IMG/VR virus record: IMGVR_UViG_2693429677_000024
DNA: 26,300 bases
DNA from: a virus
Lineage: Duplodnaviria; Heunggongvirae; Uroviricota; Caudoviricetes
Reading direction: 5' to 3' (one strand)
The position numbers and the translations under genes were made by a program. This document shows, one piece after another, positions 11,603 through 22,962 of this stretch. Numbering within the stretch: the stretch's first letter is position 1; each line of letters opens with the position of its first letter. A model generated the notes under the pieces. That model saw only the letters and a program-made list of their open reading frames with translations, ran no database searches and had not been told where the DNA came from.

Positions 11603-11994
11603 AACATACTGAACTCCGTGCAGCCGTACTGGATGCACTGGAGAAGCATGACACCGGGGCGACGCTTTTTGATGGTCGCCCCGCTGTTTTTGATGAGGCG
11701 GATTTTCCGGCAGTTGCCGTTTATCTCACCGGCGCTGAATACACGGGCGAAGAGCTGGACAGCGATACCTGGCAGGCGGAGCTGCATATTGAAGTTTTCC
11801 TGCCTGCTCAGGTGCCGGATTCAGAGCTGGATGCGTGGATGGAGTCCCGGATTTATCCGGTGATGAGCGATATCCCGGCACTGTCAGATTTGATCACCAG
11901 TATGGTGGCCAGTGGCTATGACTACCGGCGCGACGATGATGCGGGCCTGTGGAGTTCAGCCGATCTGACTTATGTCATTACCTATGAAATGTGA
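11599..11994 (+). CDS. U: Tail terminator protein gpU
   Basis: 131 aa; ATGA overlap with Z; lambda U-like. Confidence 0.9.
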   Translation: MKHTELRAAVLDALEKHDTGATLFDGRPAVFDEADFPAVAVYLTGAEYTGEELDSDTWQAELHIEVFLPAQVPDSELDAWMESRIYPVMSDIPALSDLITSMVASGYDYRRDDDAGLWSSADLTYVITYEM

Positions 11995-12001
11995 GGACGA
12001 T

Positions 12002-12742
12002 ATGCCAACACCAAATCCTCTGGCACCGGTGAAAGGGGCCGGGACCACCCTGTGGGTTTATAAGGGGAACGGTGACCCTTATGCGAACCCGCTTTCAGAC
12101 GTTGACTGGTCGCGTCTGGCAAAAGTTAAAGAACTGACGCCCGGCGAACTGACCGCAGAGTCCTATGACGACAGTTATCTCGATGATGAAGATCCGGACT
12201 GGGCCGCGACCGGGCAGGGGCAGAAATCCGCCGGAGATACCAGCTTCACGCTGGCGTGGATGCCCGGAGAGCAGGGGCAGCAGGCGCTGCTGGCGTGGTT
12301 TAATGAAGGCGATACCCGTGCCTATAAAATCCGCTTCCCGAACGGCACGGTCGATGTGTTCCGTGGCTGGGTCAGCAGTATCGGTAAGGCAGTGACGGCG
12401 AAGGAAGTGATCACCCGTACGGTGAAGGTCACCAATGTGGGCCGTCCGTCAATGGCAGAAGATCGCAGCACGGTGACAGCGGCAACCGGCATGACGGTAA
12501 CGCCAGCCAGTGCTTCCGTAGTGAAAGGGCAGAGCACCACGCTGACCGTGGCATTCCAGCCGGAAGGCGCAACCGACAAGAGCTTCCGTGCGGTGTCAGC
12601 GGATAAAACAAAAGCCACCGTGTCGGTCAGTGGTATGACCATCACCGTGAAGGGCGTTGCTGCAGGCAAGGTCAACATTCCGGTCGTATCCGGTAATGGT
12701 GAGTTTGCTGCGGTTGCAGAAATCAACGTCACCGACAGCTAA
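12002..12742 (+). CDS. V: Major tail tube protein gpV with C-terminal Ig-like (Big_2-type) domain
   Basis: [42 protein letters not shown]... matches lambda V. C-terminal [25 protein letters not shown]...ITV repeat is Ig-like. GAGGA SD upstream. Confidence 0.95.
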   Translation: MPTPNPLAPVKGAGTTLWVYKGNGDPYANPLSDVDWSRLAKVKELTPGELTAESYDDSYLDDEDPDWAATGQGQKSAGDTSFTLAWMPGEQGQQALLAWFNEGDTRAYKIRFPNGTVDVFRGWVSSIGKAVTAKEVITRTVKVTNVGRPSMAEDRSTVTAATGMTVTPASASVVKGQSTTLTVAFQPEGATDKSFRAVSADKTKATVSVSGMTITVKGVAAGKVNIPVVSGNGEFAAVAEINVTDS

Positions 12743-12757
12743 TCCGGAGAGTCAGCG

Positions 12758-13180
12758 ATGTTCCTGAAAACCGAATCATTTGAACATAACGGCGTGACCG
12801 TCACGCTTTCTGAACTGTCAGCCCTGCAGCGTATTGAGCATCTTGCCTGGTTGAAAGAGCAGGAAAAAAAGGCTGAATCCAGTGGCAACCTGCAGGTGTC
12901 TGTAGAGGATCTTATCAGAGGCGGGGCGTTTCTGGTGGCGATGTCTCTGTGGCATAACCATCCGCAGAAAACAAAGCTGCCGTCCATGAATGAAGCCATT
13001 ACGCAGATTGAGCAGGAAGTGCTTACCACCTGGCCCACGGAGGCAATTGCTCAGGCTGAAAACGTGGTGTTACGTCTGTCCGGAATGTCTGAGTTTGTTG
13101 TGAATAATGCCCCTGAACAGACAGATGACGCCGGGCCTGCAGAGCCTGTTTCTGCGGGAAAGTGTTCGACGGTGAGCTGA
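12758..13180 (+). CDS. G: Tail assembly chaperone gpG
   Basis: 140 aa, lambda G-like; contains the slippery site near its 3' end. Confidence 0.9.
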   Translation: MFLKTESFEHNGVTVTLSELSALQRIEHLAWLKEQEKKAESSGNLQVSVEDLIRGGAFLVAMSLWHNHPQKTKLPSMNEAITQIEQEVLTTWPTEAIAQAENVVLRLSGMSEFVVNNAPEQTDDAGPAEPVSAGKCSTVS

Positions 13181-13596
13181 GTTTTGCCCTGAAACTGGCG
13201 CGTGAGATGGGGCGACCCGACTGGCGCGCCATGCTTGCCGGGATGTCATCCACGGAGTATGCCGACTGGCACCGCTTTTACAGTACCCATTATTTTCATG
13301 ATGTTCTGCTGGATATGCACTTTTCCGGGCTGACGTACACCGTGCTCAGCCTGTTTTTCAGCGATCCGGATATGCATCCGCTGGATTTCAGTCTGCTGAG
13401 CCGGCGTGAGGCTGACGAAGAGCCTGAAGATGATGTGCTGATGCAGAAAGCGGCAGGGCTTGCCGGAGGCGTTCGTTTTGGCCCTGACGGGAATGAAGTT
13501 ATCCCCGCTTCCCCGGATGTGGCGGACATGACGGAGGATGACGTAATGCTGATGACAGTATCAGAAGGGATCGCAGGAGGAGTCCGGTATGGCTGA
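12758..13596 (+). CDS. GT: Tail assembly chaperone gpGT, made by programmed -1 ribosomal frameshift at GGGAAAG (13156-13162)
   Basis: G frame reads ...S-A-G-K-C. The heptamer G GGA AAG sits in the zero frame, and the -1 frame continues open as VFDGELSFALKLAREMGRPDWRAML... to 13596, as in lambda G-T. Confidence 0.8.
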
Positions 13597-16168
13597 ACCG
13601 GTAGGCGATCTGGTCGTTGATTTGAGTCTGGATGCGGCCAGATTTGACGAGCAGATGGCCAGAGTCAGGCGTCATTTTTCCGGTACGGAAAGTGATGCGA
13701 AAAAAACAGCGGCAGTCGTTGAACAGTCGATGAACCGACAGGCGCTGGCTGCACAGAAAGCGGGGATTTCCGTCGGGCAGTATAAAGCTGCCATGCGTAT
13801 GCTGCCTGCGCAGTTCACCGACGTGGCCACGCAGCTTGCAGGCGGGCAAAGTCCGTGGCTGATCCTGCTGCAACAGGGCGGTCAGGTGAAGGACTCCTTC
13901 GGCGGGATGATCCCCATGTTCAGGGGACTTGCCGGTGCGATCACCCTGCCGATGGTTGGTATCACTTCGCTAGCGGTGGCGACCGGTGCGCTGGCGTATG
14001 CCTGGTATCAGGGTGACTCAACCCTGTCTAATTTCAACAAAACGCTGGTCCTTTCCGGTAATCAGGCGGGACTGACGGCAGATCGTATGCTGGCCCTGTC
14101 CAGATCCGGGCAGGCGGCAGGGCTGACGTTTAACCAGACCAGCGAGTCACTGACGGCGCTGGTGAATGCCGGTGTGCGTGGTGGTGAGCAGTTTGAGGCA
14201 ATCAGCCAGAGTGTGGCGCGTTTCTCCTCTGCATCCGGCGTGGAGGTGGACAAGGTCGCTGAAGCCTTCGGGAAGCTGACCACTGACCCGACGTCTGGGT
14301 TGACGGCGATGGCGCGCCAGTTCCATAACGTGACGGCGGAACAGATTGCGTATGTTGCTCAGTTGCAGCGTTCCGGCGATGGGGCCGGGGCGTTGCAGGC
14401 GGCGAACGAGGCCGCAACGAAAGGGTTTGATGACCAGACCCGCCGCCTGAAAGATAACATGGGTACGCTGGAGACCTGGGCTGACAAGACTGCACAGGCA
14501 TTCAAATCCATGTGGGATGCGGTGCTGGATATTGGCCGCCCGGACTCCTCTGCAGATATGCTCGCCAAAGCTGAAAAGGCTTTTGATGAAGCGGATAAAA
14601 AATGGCAGTGGTATCAGAGCCGAAGCCACCGGCGCGGTAAAACCTCAGCATTTCTTGCCAATCTCCGTGGAGCATGGGAGGACAGAGCGAATGCGCAACT
14701 TGGGCTTTCAGCCGCCACGTTGCAGGCCGATCTTGAAAAGGCCAGAGAGATGGCAGCAAAGGACTGGGCCGACTCTGAGGCATCACGGCTGAAATATACC
14801 GAAGAGGCGCAGAAGGCTTACGAACGCCTGCAGACGCCGCTGGAGAAATATACCGCCCGTCAGGAAGAACTGAACAAGGCACTGAAGGACGGGAAAATCC
14901 TGCAGGCAGATTACAACACGCTGATGGCGGCGGCGAAAAAGGACTATGAAGCGACGCTGAAAAAGCCGAAGCACTCCGGCGTGAAGGTGTCTGCGGGCGA
15001 TCGTCAGGAAGACAGTGCTCATGCTGCCCTTCTGACGCTTCAGGCAGAACTCCGGACGCTGGAGAAGCATGCCGGAGCGAATGAGAAAATCAGCCAGCAG
15101 CGCCGGGATTTGTGGAAGGCGGAGAATCAGTTCGCGGTACTGGAGGAGGCGGCGCAACGTCGCCAGCTGTCTGCACAGGAGAAATCCCTGCTGGCGCATA
15201 AAGATGAGACGCTGGAGTACAAGCGCCAGCTGGCTGCACTTGGCGACAAGGTTACGTATCAGGAGCACCTGAACGCGCTGGCGCAGCAGGCGGATAAATT
15301 CGCACAGCAGCAACGGGCAAAACGGGCCGCCATTGATGCGAAAAGCCGGGGGCTGACTGACCGGCAGGCAGAACGGGAAGGCACGGAACAGCGCCTGAAG
15401 GAGGAGTATGGCGATAATCCGCTGGCGCTGAATAACGTCATGTCAGAGCAGAAAAAGACCTGGGCGGCTGAAGACCAGCTTCGCGGGAGCTGGATGGCAG
15501 GCCTGAAGTCCGGCTGGAGTGAGTGGGAAGAGAGCGCCACGGACAGTATGTCGCAGGTAAAAAGTGCAGCCACGCAGACCTTTGATGGAATTGCACAGAA
15601 TATGGCGGCGATGCTGACCGGCAGTGAGCAGAACTGGCGCAGCTTCACCCGTTCCGTGCTGTCTATGATGACAGAAATTCTGCTTAAGCAGGCAATGGTG
15701 GGGATTGTCGGGAGTATCGGCAGCGCCATTGGCGGGGCTGCCGGTGGTGGCGCATCCGCGTCAGGCGGTAGAGCCATTCAGGCCGCTGCGGCGAAATTCC
15801 ATTTTGCAACCGGAGGATTTACGGGAACCGGCGGCAAATATGAGCCAGCGGGGATTGTTCACCGTGGTGAGTTTGTCTTCACGAAGGAGGCAACCAGCCG
15901 GATTGGCGTGGGGAATCTTTACCGGCTGATGCGCGGCTATGCCACCGGCGGTTATGTCGGTACACCGGGCAGCATGGCAGACAGCCGATCGCAGGCGTCC
16001 GGGACGTTTGAGCAGAATAACCATGTGGTGATTAACAACGACGGCACGAACGGGCAGATTGGACCACAGGCGCTGAAGGCTGTGTATGACATGGCCCGCA
16101 AGGGTGCCCGTGATGAAATTCAGGCACAGATGCGCGATGGTGGTCTGTTCTCCGGAGGTGGACGATGA
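13589..16168 (+). CDS. H: Tail tape measure protein gpH
   Basis: 859 aa; MAEPVGDLVVDLSLDAARFDEQMARVRRHF... matches lambda H. Confidence 0.95.
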   Translation: MAEPVGDLVVDLSLDAARFDEQMARVRRHFSGTESDAKKTAAVVEQSMNRQALAAQKAGISVGQYKAAMRMLPAQFTDVATQLAGGQSPWLILLQQGGQVKDSFGGMIPMFRGLAGAITLPMVGITSLAVATGALAYAWYQGDSTLSNFNKTLVLSGNQAGLTADRMLALSRSGQAAGLTFNQTSESLTALVNAGVRGGEQFEAISQSVARFSSASGVEVDKVAEAFGKLTTDPTSGLTAMARQFHNVTAEQIAYVAQLQRSGDGAGALQAANEAATKGFDDQTRRLKDNMGTLETWADKTAQAFKSMWDAVLDIGRPDSSADMLAKAEKAFDEADKKWQWYQSRSHRRGKTSAFLANLRGAWEDRANAQLGLSAATLQADLEKAREMAAKDWADSEASRLKYTEEAQKAYERLQTPLEKYTARQEELNKALKDGKILQADYNTLMAAAKKDYEATLKKPKHSGVKVSAGDRQEDSAHAALLTLQAELRTLEKHAGANEKISQQRRDLWKAENQFAVLEEAAQRRQLSAQEKSLLAHKDETLEYKRQLAALGDKVTYQEHLNALAQQADKFAQQQRAKRAAIDAKSRGLTDRQAEREGTEQRLKEEYGDNPLALNNVMSEQKKTWAAEDQLRGSWMAGLKSGWSEWEESATDSMSQVKSAATQTFDGIAQNMAAMLTGSEQNWRSFTRSVLSMMTEILLKQAMVGIVGSIGSAIGGAAGGGASASGGRAIQAAAAKFHFATGGFTGTGGKYEPAGIVHRGEFVFTKEATSRIGVGNLYRLMRGYATGGYVGTPGSMADSRSQASGTFEQNNHVVINNDGTNGQIGPQALKAVYDMARKGARDEIQAQMRDGGLFSGGGR

Positions 16169-16494
16169 AAACCTTCCGCTGGAAAGTGAAACCCGGGATG
16201 GATGTGACATCGGCTCCTTCCGTCAGGGAGGTGCGCTTTGGTGATGGCTATTCCCAGCGTGCGCCTGCCGGGCTGAACGCTGACCTGAAAACGTACAGCG
16301 TGACGCTGTCTGTCTCCCGTGAGGAGGCCACGGCGCTGGAGTCGTTTCTGGCTGAGCACGGGGGCTGGAAGGCCTTTCTGTGGACGCCGCCTTATGGTTA
16401 CAGGCAGATAAAGGTGACCTGCGCAAAATGGTCGTCGCAGGTCAGTATGCTGCGTGTTGAGTTCAGCGCAGAGTTTAAACAGGTGGTGAACTGA
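16165..16494 (+). CDS. M: Minor tail protein gpM
   Basis: 109 aa, lambda M-like; ATGA overlap with H. Confidence 0.9.
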   Translation: MKTFRWKVKPGMDVTSAPSVREVRFGDGYSQRAPAGLNADLKTYSVTLSVSREEATALESFLAEHGGWKAFLWTPPYGYRQIKVTCAKWSSQVSMLRVEFSAEFKQVVN

Positions 16495-17192
16495 TGCAGG
16501 ATATCCGGCAGGAAACACTGAATGAATGCACCCGTGCGGAGCAGTCGGCCAGCGTGGTGCTCTGGGAAATCGATCTGACAGAGGTCGGTGGAGAACGTTA
16601 TTTTTTCTGTAATGAGCAGAACGAAAAAGGTGAGCCGGTCACCTGGCAGGGGAGGCAGTATCAGGCGTATCCCATTCAGGGGAGCGGTTTTGAACTGAAT
16701 GGCAAAGGCACCAGTACGCGGCCCACGCTGACGGTTTCTAACCTGCACGGCATGGTCACCGGTATGGTGGAAGATATGCAGAGTCTGGTCGGCGGAACGG
16801 TGGTCAGGCGTAAGGTTTACGCCCGTTTTCTGGATGCGGTGAACTTCGTCAACGGAAACAGTGACGCCGATCCGGAGCAGGAGGTGATCAGCCGCTGGCG
16901 CATCGAGCAGTGCAGTGAACTGAGCGCGGTGAGTGCCTCCTTTGTACTGGCCACGCCGACGGAAACGGATGGCGCTGTTTTTCCGGGGCGTATCATGCTG
17001 GCCAACACCTGCACCTGGACCTATCGCGGTGATGAGTGCGGTTATAACGGTCCGGCTGTCGCGGATGAATATGACCAGCCGACGTCCGATATCACGAAGG
17101 ATAAATGCAGCAAATGCCTGAGCGGCTGTAAGTTTCGCAATAACGTCGGCAACTTTGGCGGCTTCCTTTCCATTAACAAACTTTCGCAGTAA
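16494..17192 (+). CDS. L: Minor tail protein gpL
   Basis: 232 aa, lambda L-like, with a C-terminal Cys cluster (CTWTYRGDECGY...CSKCLSGC). Confidence 0.9.
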   Translation: MQDIRQETLNECTRAEQSASVVLWEIDLTEVGGERYFFCNEQNEKGEPVTWQGRQYQAYPIQGSGFELNGKGTSTRPTLTVSNLHGMVTGMVEDMQSLVGGTVVRRKVYARFLDAVNFVNGNSDADPEQEVISRWRIEQCSELSAVSASFVLATPTETDGAVFPGRIMLANTCTWTYRGDECGYNGPAVADEYDQPTSDITKDKCSKCLSGCKFRNNVGNFGGFLSINKLSQ

Positions 17193-17196
17193 TCCC

Positions 17197-17940
17197 ATGA
17201 CAGAGACAGAATCAGCGATTCTGGCGCACGCCCGGCGATGTGCGCCAGCGGAGTCGTGTGGCTTCGTGGTGAGAACGCCGGAAGGGGAAAGATATTTTCC
17301 CTGCGTGAATATCTCCGGTGAGCCGGAGGCGTATTTCCGGATGTCGCCGGATGACTGGCTGCAGGCAACACTGCACGGTGAGATTGTGGCACTGGTCCAC
17401 AGTCACCCCGGTGGTCTGCCCTGTCTGAGTGAAGCCGACCGGCGGCTGCAGGTGCAGAGTGATTTGCCGTGGTGGCTGGTCTGCCGGGGGACGATTTATA
17501 AATACCGCTGTGTGCCGCATCTTACCGGACGGCGCTTTGAGCACGGGGTGACGGACTGTTATACGCTGTTCCGGGATGCTTACCATCTTGCGGGGATTGA
17601 GATGCCTGATTTTACTCGCGAGGATGACTGGTGGCGTAACGGTCAGAATCTCTATCTGGATAATCTGGAGGCAACGGGGCTGTATCAGGTGCCGTTGTCA
17701 GCGGCGCAGCCGGGCGATGTGCTGCTGTGCTGTTTTGGTTCATCGGTGCCGAATCATGCCGCCATTTACTGTGGTGACGGCGAGCTGTTGCACCATATTC
17801 CTGAACAACTGAGCAAACGAGAGAGGTATACCGACAAATGGCAGCGACGCACACACTCCCTCTGGCGTCACCGGGCATGGCACGCATCTGCCTTTACGGG
17901 GATTTACAACGATTTGGCCGCCGCATCGACCTTCGTGTAA
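17197..17940 (+). CDS. K: Tail tip assembly protein gpK (MPN/JAMM-like motif plus NlpC/P60-like region)
   Basis: Starts MTETESAILAHARRCA. Contains an HSHPGG...SEAD JAMM-like motif and a Cys-containing C-terminal region. Overlaps I by about 100 nt, as in lambda. Confidence 0.85.
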   Translation: MTETESAILAHARRCAPAESCGFVVRTPEGERYFPCVNISGEPEAYFRMSPDDWLQATLHGEIVALVHSHPGGLPCLSEADRRLQVQSDLPWWLVCRGTIYKYRCVPHLTGRRFEHGVTDCYTLFRDAYHLAGIEMPDFTREDDWWRNGQNLYLDNLEATGLYQVPLSAAQPGDVLLCCFGSSVPNHAAIYCGDGELLHHIPEQLSKRERYTDKWQRRTHSLWRHRAWHASAFTGIYNDLAAASTFV

Positions 17941-18485
17941 AAACGGGGGCTGAAGCCATCCGGGCGTTGTCCACACAGCTCCCGGCGTTTCGTCAGAAAC
18001 TGAATGACGGCTGGTATCAGGTGCGCATTGCCGGGCGTGATGCAGGTGAAACCGAATTATCTGCCCGTCTTAATGAGCCGCTGGCAAATGGTGCCGTGAT
18101 CCACATCGTGCCGCGTCTGGCGGGAGCTAAAAGTGGCGGTGTGTTTCAGGTGGTGCTGGGGGCGGCGCTGATTGCGGTGGCATGGTGGAACCCTGTGGGC
18201 TGGCTGGGTGCCACGGCTGTATCGGGCATGTATGCGGCAGGGGCCAGTATGATCCTGGGTGGTGTGGCCCAGATGCTGGCACCGAAAGCCCGGACGCCCA
18301 CAGCGACCAGCATGGATAACGGTAAGCAGAACACCTATTTCTCATCACTGGATAACATGGTTGCCCAGGGCAATGTTCTGCCTGTTCTGTACGGTGAAAT
18401 GCGCGTGGGGTCTCGTGTGGTTTCTCAGGAGATCAGCACGGCAGATGAAGGGGACGGTGGTCAGGTTGTGGTGATTGGCCGCTGA
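17838..18485 (+). CDS. I: Tail tip assembly protein gpI
   Basis: 215 aa, lambda I-like, with a hydrophobic central segment. Confidence 0.85.
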   Translation: MAATHTLPLASPGMARICLYGDLQRFGRRIDLRVKTGAEAIRALSTQLPAFRQKLNDGWYQVRIAGRDAGETELSARLNEPLANGAVIHIVPRLAGAKSGGVFQVVLGAALIAVAWWNPVGWLGATAVSGMYAAGASMILGGVAQMLAPKARTPTATSMDNGKQNTYFSSLDNMVAQGNVLPVLYGEMRVGSRVVSQEISTADEGDGGQVVVIGR

Positions 18486-18545
18486 TGCAAAATATTTCAT
18501 GTGAAACCGCCTCCGGGCGGTTTTGTCGTTTATGGAGCGTGACGA

Positions 18546-21500
18546 ATGGGTAAAGGCAGCAGTAAGGGGCATACCCCGCGTGAAGCGAAGGACAACCTGA
18601 AATCAACGCAGTTGCTGAGTGTGATTGATGCCATTAGTGAAGGCCCGATTGAAGGTCCGGTGGATGGATTAAAAAGCGTGCTGCTGAACAGTACGCCGGT
18701 GCTGGACACTGAGGGGAATACCAATATCTCCGGCGTCACGGTGGTGTTCCGGGCAGGTGAGCAGGAGCAGACTCCGCCGGAGGGGTTTGAATCCTCCGGT
18801 TCCGAGACGGTGCTGGGTACGGAAGTGAAATATGACACGCCGATCACCCGCACCATCACGTCGGCAAACATCGACCGACTGCGCTTTACCTTCGGTGTGC
18901 AGGCTCTGGTGGAAACCACTTCAAAGGGGGACCGGAATCCATCGGAAGTCCGCCTGCTGGTTCAGATACAGCGTAACGGTGGCTGGGTGACGGAAAAAGA
19001 CATCACCATTAAGGGCAAAACCACGTCGCAGTATCTGGCCTCGGTGGTGGTGGATAACCTGCCGCCGCGCCCGTTCAGTATCCGGATGCGCAGGATGACG
19101 CCGGACAGCACCACAGACCAGCTGCAGAACAAAACGCTCTGGTCATCATACACCGAAATTATCGATGTGAAACAGTGCTACCCGAACACGGCACTGGTCG
19201 GCGTGCAGGTGGACTCGGAGCAGTTCGGCAGCCAGCAGGTGAGCCGTAATTATCATCTGCGCGGGCGTATTCTGCAGGTGCCGTCGAATTATAACCCGCA
19301 GACGCGGCAATACAGCGGTATCTGGGACGGAACGTTTAAACCGGCATACAGCAACAACATGGCCTGGTGTCTGTGGGATATGCTGACCCATCCGCGCTAC
19401 GGCATGGGGAAACGTCTTGGTGCGGCGGATGTGGACAAATGGGCGCTGTATGTCATCGGCCAGAATTGCGACCAGTCGGTGCCGGATGGCTTTGGTGGCA
19501 CGGAGCCGCGCATCACCTGTAATGCGTACCTGACCACGCAGCGCAAGGCGTGGGATGTGCTCAGTGATTTCTGCTCGGCGATGCGCTGTATGCCGGTATG
19601 GAACGGGCAGACGCTGACGTTCGTGCAGGACCGACCGTCGGATAAGGTGTGGACCTATAACCGCAGTAATGTGGTGATGCCGGATGATGGCGCGCCGTTC
19701 CGCTACAGCTTCAGCGCCCTGAAGGACCGCCATAATGCCGTTGAGGTGAACTGGATTGACCCGAACAACGGCTGGGAGACGGCGACAGAGCTTGTTGAAG
19801 ATACGCAGGCCATTGCCCGTTACGGTCGTAATGTCACGAAGATGGATGCCTTTGGTTGTACCAGTCGGGGGCAGGCACACCGCGCCGGGCTGTGGCTGAT
19901 TAAAACGGAACTGCTGGAAACGCAGACCGTGGACTTCAGCGTGGGTGCTGAAGGGCTTCGCCATGTACCGGGCGATGTTATTGAAATCTGCGATGATGAC
20001 TATGCGGGGATCAGCACCGGTGGGCGCGTGCTGGCGGTGAACAGCCAGACCCGGACGCTGACGCTCGACCGTGAAATCACGCTGCCATCCTCCGGTACCA
20101 CGCTGATAAGCCTGGTTGACGGAAGTGGCAATCCGGTCAGCGTGGAGGTCCAGTCCGTCACCGACGGCGTGAAGGTAAAAGTGAGCCGTGTTCCTGACGG
20201 CGTTGCCGGATACAGCGTATGGGGGCTGAAGCTGCCGACGCTGCGCCAGCGCCTGTTCCGCTGCGTGAGTATCCGTGAGAACGATGACGGCACGTATGCC
20301 ATCACCGCCGTGCAGCATGTACCGGAAAAAGAGGCCATCGTGGATAACGGGGCGCACTTTGACGGCGACCAGAGCGGCACGGTGAATGGTGTCACGCCGA
20401 CAGCGGTGCAGCACCTGACTGCCGAAGTCACCGCAGACAGCGGGGAATATCAGGTGCTGGCGCGCTGGGATACGCCGAAGGTGGTGAAGGGGGGGAGCTT
20501 TATGCTTCGCCTGACCGTGGCAGCGGATGACGGCAGTGAGCGGCTGGTCAGCACGGCCCGGACGACGGAAACCACATACCGCTTCAGGCAGCTGGCGTTG
20601 GGGCGTTACACGCTGACAGTCCGGGCGGTAAATGCCCGGGGACAGCAGGGCGATCCGGCGTCGGTATCGTTCCGGATTGCCGCACCGGCAGCGCCGTCAC
20701 AGATTGAGCTGACGCCGGGCTATTTTCAGATAACCGCCACGCCGCATCTTGCGGTTTATGATCCGACGGTACAGTTTGAATTCTGGTTTTCTGAAACGAA
20801 GATTTCAGATGTCTCACAGGTGGACAAATCTGCCCGCTATCTTGGTACGGCACTGTACTGGGTAGCCTCCGGCCAGAATATTAAGCCGGGCCATGATTAT
20901 TACTTTTATGTTCGCAGTGTGAATACCGTTGGCAAATCGGCATTCGTGGAGGCTGTCGGCCAGCCGGGTAATAATCCTGAAGAGTATCTCAATTTTTTTG
21001 AAGGGAAAATAAACAGCACCCTGCTGGGGCAGGAGCTGAATGATCGTATTAATGCCTCTGCATTGCGCAGTGAAGTTGAGCAACTGGAGGATGAGGTCAA
21101 TCAGCGACTGGAGAGTGATATTGCCGGGGTGACCCAAAAAATCGGGGAAACTGAAAACAGCCTCACGCAGCTGGTTGCTAAAAAAAATGATGAGCAGTCA
21201 CTGGCCATATCCCAGGTGAGTCAGAAAGTGGACAACGTCAGTAGCGAACTCACGCAAACGGTCAGTCAGAGTAATGAGGAGAATGCACGCCAGATTGCGC
21301 AGGTTCGTCAGTATGTGGATGAAAAAAGCAGTGAAATCATCTCGACGACAGACAAAAAACTGGGCGAGCAGGAAGCAACAATCCAGCAGATACAAAAGGT
21401 TCAGACAGACACCAGTAATAACCTGAACAGTATGTGGGCCGTGAAACTGCAGCAGATGCAGGATGGTCGCCTTTACATTGCGGGTATCGGTGCCGGTATT

Positions 21501-22247
21501 GAGAATACCCCTGACGGTATGCAGAGTCAGGTGCTGCTGGCGGCAGACAGGATTGCGTTCATTAATCCGGAGAACGGTAACACCACTCCAGCACTGGTCA
21601 CGCAGGGGGGACAGACGTTTATCAATGAAGCGCTGATTAAGACCCTTATTGCTCCCACAATTACCAGTGGTGGCAATCCTCCTGCATTTTCCCTGACATC
21701 AGACGGAAAGCTGACCGCTAAAAATGCGGATATCAGTGGCAGTGTGAATGCGAACTCAGGGACGCTCAACAACGTCACGATAAATGAGAACTGTCAGATT
21801 AAGGGGAAACTGTCCGCCAACCAGATTGAAGGCGATATTGTCAAAACGGTCAGCAAGTCTTTCCCCCGCACGAGCACTTATGCCAGCGGCACCATTACGG
21901 TCACGATTAGTGATGATCAGAAGTTTGACCGACAGGTCATGATCCCGGCTCTGCTGTTTAAAGGAAGCAGGAAGGAAAATTATGGCAGTAATAATCAACA
22001 GTCTTATGTTTATTCTGTATGCCGTTTGCAGGTAACGAAAAACGGGACAGAAATTTTTAACCAGTCAACAACGGATGCTCCGGCGGTTTTTTCTTCCGTT
22101 ATTGATATGCCTGCGGGGCAGGGAACGTTGACGTTAAAGTTTACGGTCTCTTCTTCAATGGTCAATAACTGGACACCGACAACCAGTATCAGCGATTTGC
22201 TTGTTGTGGTGATGAAGAAATCCACTGCAGGTATCACGATTAGCTGA
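18546..22247 (+). CDS. J: Central tail fibre / host specificity protein gpJ, 1233 aa
   Basis: [24 protein letters not shown]... is lambda J-like over roughly the first 800 residues. The distal part keeps the [38 protein letters not shown] block but has a longer coiled-coil-like segment and a divergent C-terminus. Confidence 0.95.
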   Translation: MGKGSSKGHTPREAKDNLKSTQLLSVIDAISEGPIEGPVDGLKSVLLNSTPVLDTEGNTNISGVTVVFRAGEQEQTPPEGFESSGSETVLGTEVKYDTPITRTITSANIDRLRFTFGVQALVETTSKGDRNPSEVRLLVQIQRNGGWVTEKDITIKGKTTSQYLASVVVDNLPPRPFSIRMRRMTPDSTTDQLQNKTLWSSYTEIIDVKQCYPNTALVGVQVDSEQFGSQQVSRNYHLRGRILQVPSNYNPQTRQYSGIWDGTFKPAYSNNMAWCLWDMLTHPRYGMGKRLGAADVDKWALYVIGQNCDQSVPDGFGGTEPRITCNAYLTTQRKAWDVLSDFCSAMRCMPVWNGQTLTFVQDRPSDKVWTYNRSNVVMPDDGAPFRYSFSALKDRHNAVEVNWIDPNNGWETATELVEDTQAIARYGRNVTKMDAFGCTSRGQAHRAGLWLIKTELLETQTVDFSVGAEGLRHVPGDVIEICDDDYAGISTGGRVLAVNSQTRTLTLDREITLPSSGTTLISLVDGSGNPVSVEVQSVTDGVKVKVSRVPDGVAGYSVWGLKLPTLRQRLFRCVSIRENDDGTYAITAVQHVPEKEAIVDNGAHFDGDQSGTVNGVTPTAVQHLTAEVTADSGEYQVLARWDTPKVVKGGSFMLRLTVAADDGSERLVSTARTTETTYRFRQLALGRYTLTVRAVNARGQQGDPASVSFRIAAPAAPSQIELTPGYFQITATPHLAVYDPTVQFEFWFSETKISDVSQVDKSARYLGTALYWVASGQNIKPGHDYYFYVRSVNTVGKSAFVEAVGQPGNNPEEYLNFFEGKINSTLLGQELNDRINASALRSEVEQLEDEVNQRLESDIAGVTQKIGETENSLTQLVAKKNDEQSLAISQVSQKVDNVSSELTQTVSQSNEENARQIAQVRQYVDEKSSEIISTTDKKLGEQEATIQQIQKVQTDTSNNLNSMWAVKLQQMQDGRLYIAGIGAGIENTPDGMQSQVLLAADRIAFINPENGNTTPALVTQGGQTFINEALIKTLIAPTITSGGNPPAFSLTSDGKLTAKNADISGSVNANSGTLNNVTINENCQIKGKLSANQIEGDIVKTVSKSFPRTSTYASGTITVTISDDQKFDRQVMIPALLFKGSRKENYGSNNQQSYVYSVCRLQVTKNGTEIFNQSTTDAPAVFSSVIDMPAGQGTLTLKFTVSSSMVNNWTPTTSISDLLVVVMKKSTAGITIS

Positions 22248-22265
22248 ATTTTATAACCCATATAC

Positions 22266-22291
22266 GGGCGCCAGAAATGGCGCCTTTTTTA
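22266..22291 (+). terminator. Intrinsic terminator after J
   Basis: GGGCGCC agaaat GGCGCC followed by T6. Confidence 0.6.
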
Positions 22292-22314
22292 TTGCAGAAA
22301 AGCGAGAGGTAATT

Positions 22315-22914
22315 ATGCGTAAAGTTTGTGCAGCCATGTTGTCCGCAGCCATCTGTCTGGCCGTATCCGGTGCGCCTGCATGGGCGTCTGAGCAGCAGGC
22401 CACGCTGAGCGCGGGGTATCTTCATGCCCGGACGAACGCTCCCGGCAGCGATAATCTTAACGGGATTAACGTGAAATACCGTTATGAATTTACGGACACG
22501 CTGGGGCTGGTGACGTCATTCAGCTATGCAGGAGACAGGAATCGCCAGCTTACCCGTTACAGCGATACCCGCTGGCATGAAGATTCTGTGCGTAACCGCT
22601 GGTTCAGCGTCATGGCGGGGCCCTCTGTGCGCGTGAATGAATGGTTCAGCGCGTATACGATGGCGGGTGTGGCTTACAGCCGTGTGTCGACTTTCTCCGG
22701 GGATTATCTCCGCGTAACTGACAACAAGGGAAAAACGCACGACGTGCTGACCGGAAGTGATGACGCTCGCCACAGTAACACCTCTATGGCGTGGGGAGCT
22801 GGCGTGCAGTTTAACCCGACCGAATCCGTGGCCGTTGATGTCGCTTATGAAGGCTCCGGCAGTGGCGACTGGCGCACTGACGGGTTCATCGTGGGTGTTG
22901 GTTATAAATTCTGA
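22315..22914 (+). CDS. lom: Outer-membrane beta-barrel protein Lom (Ail/OmpX family), a lysogen-expressed moron
   Basis: [38 protein letters not shown]... matches lambda Lom; signal peptide; ends in aromatic F. GAGAGG SD upstream. Confidence 0.9.
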   Translation: MRKVCAAMLSAAICLAVSGAPAWASEQQATLSAGYLHARTNAPGSDNLNGINVKYRYEFTDTLGLVTSFSYAGDRNRQLTRYSDTRWHEDSVRNRWFSVMAGPSVRVNEWFSAYTMAGVAYSRVSTFSGDYLRVTDNKGKTHDVLTGSDDARHSNTSMAWGAGVQFNPTESVAVDVAYEGSGSGDWRTDGFIVGVGYKF

Positions 22915-22935
22915 TTAGTAGTACAGCGTGATGAA

Positions 22936-22962
22936 AGCCCGCCGGTTCAGGTGGGCTTTTTT
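22936..22962 (+). terminator. Intrinsic terminator after lom
   Basis: Stem GCCCGCC / GGTGGGC (one G-U pair), 6-nt loop, then T6. Confidence 0.6.

Noticed and set aside
14783-15313. 176-aa - strand ORF (Leu/Arg/Gln-rich) inside H
   Set aside because: Antisense reading of the Ala/Gln/Glu-rich tape-measure coiled-coil region; the other minus-strand ORFs inside A, B, C and H were rejected for the same reason.
16398-17198. 266-aa - strand ORF antisense to M and L
   Set aside because: Antisense to two conserved tail genes; composition consistent with a spurious frame.
19146-20414. 422-aa ORF on the - strand inside J
   Set aside because: Fully antisense to a well-supported, conserved structural gene; Arg/His/Ala-rich composition typical of a spurious frame in GC-rich coding DNA; no SD or recognisable motif.
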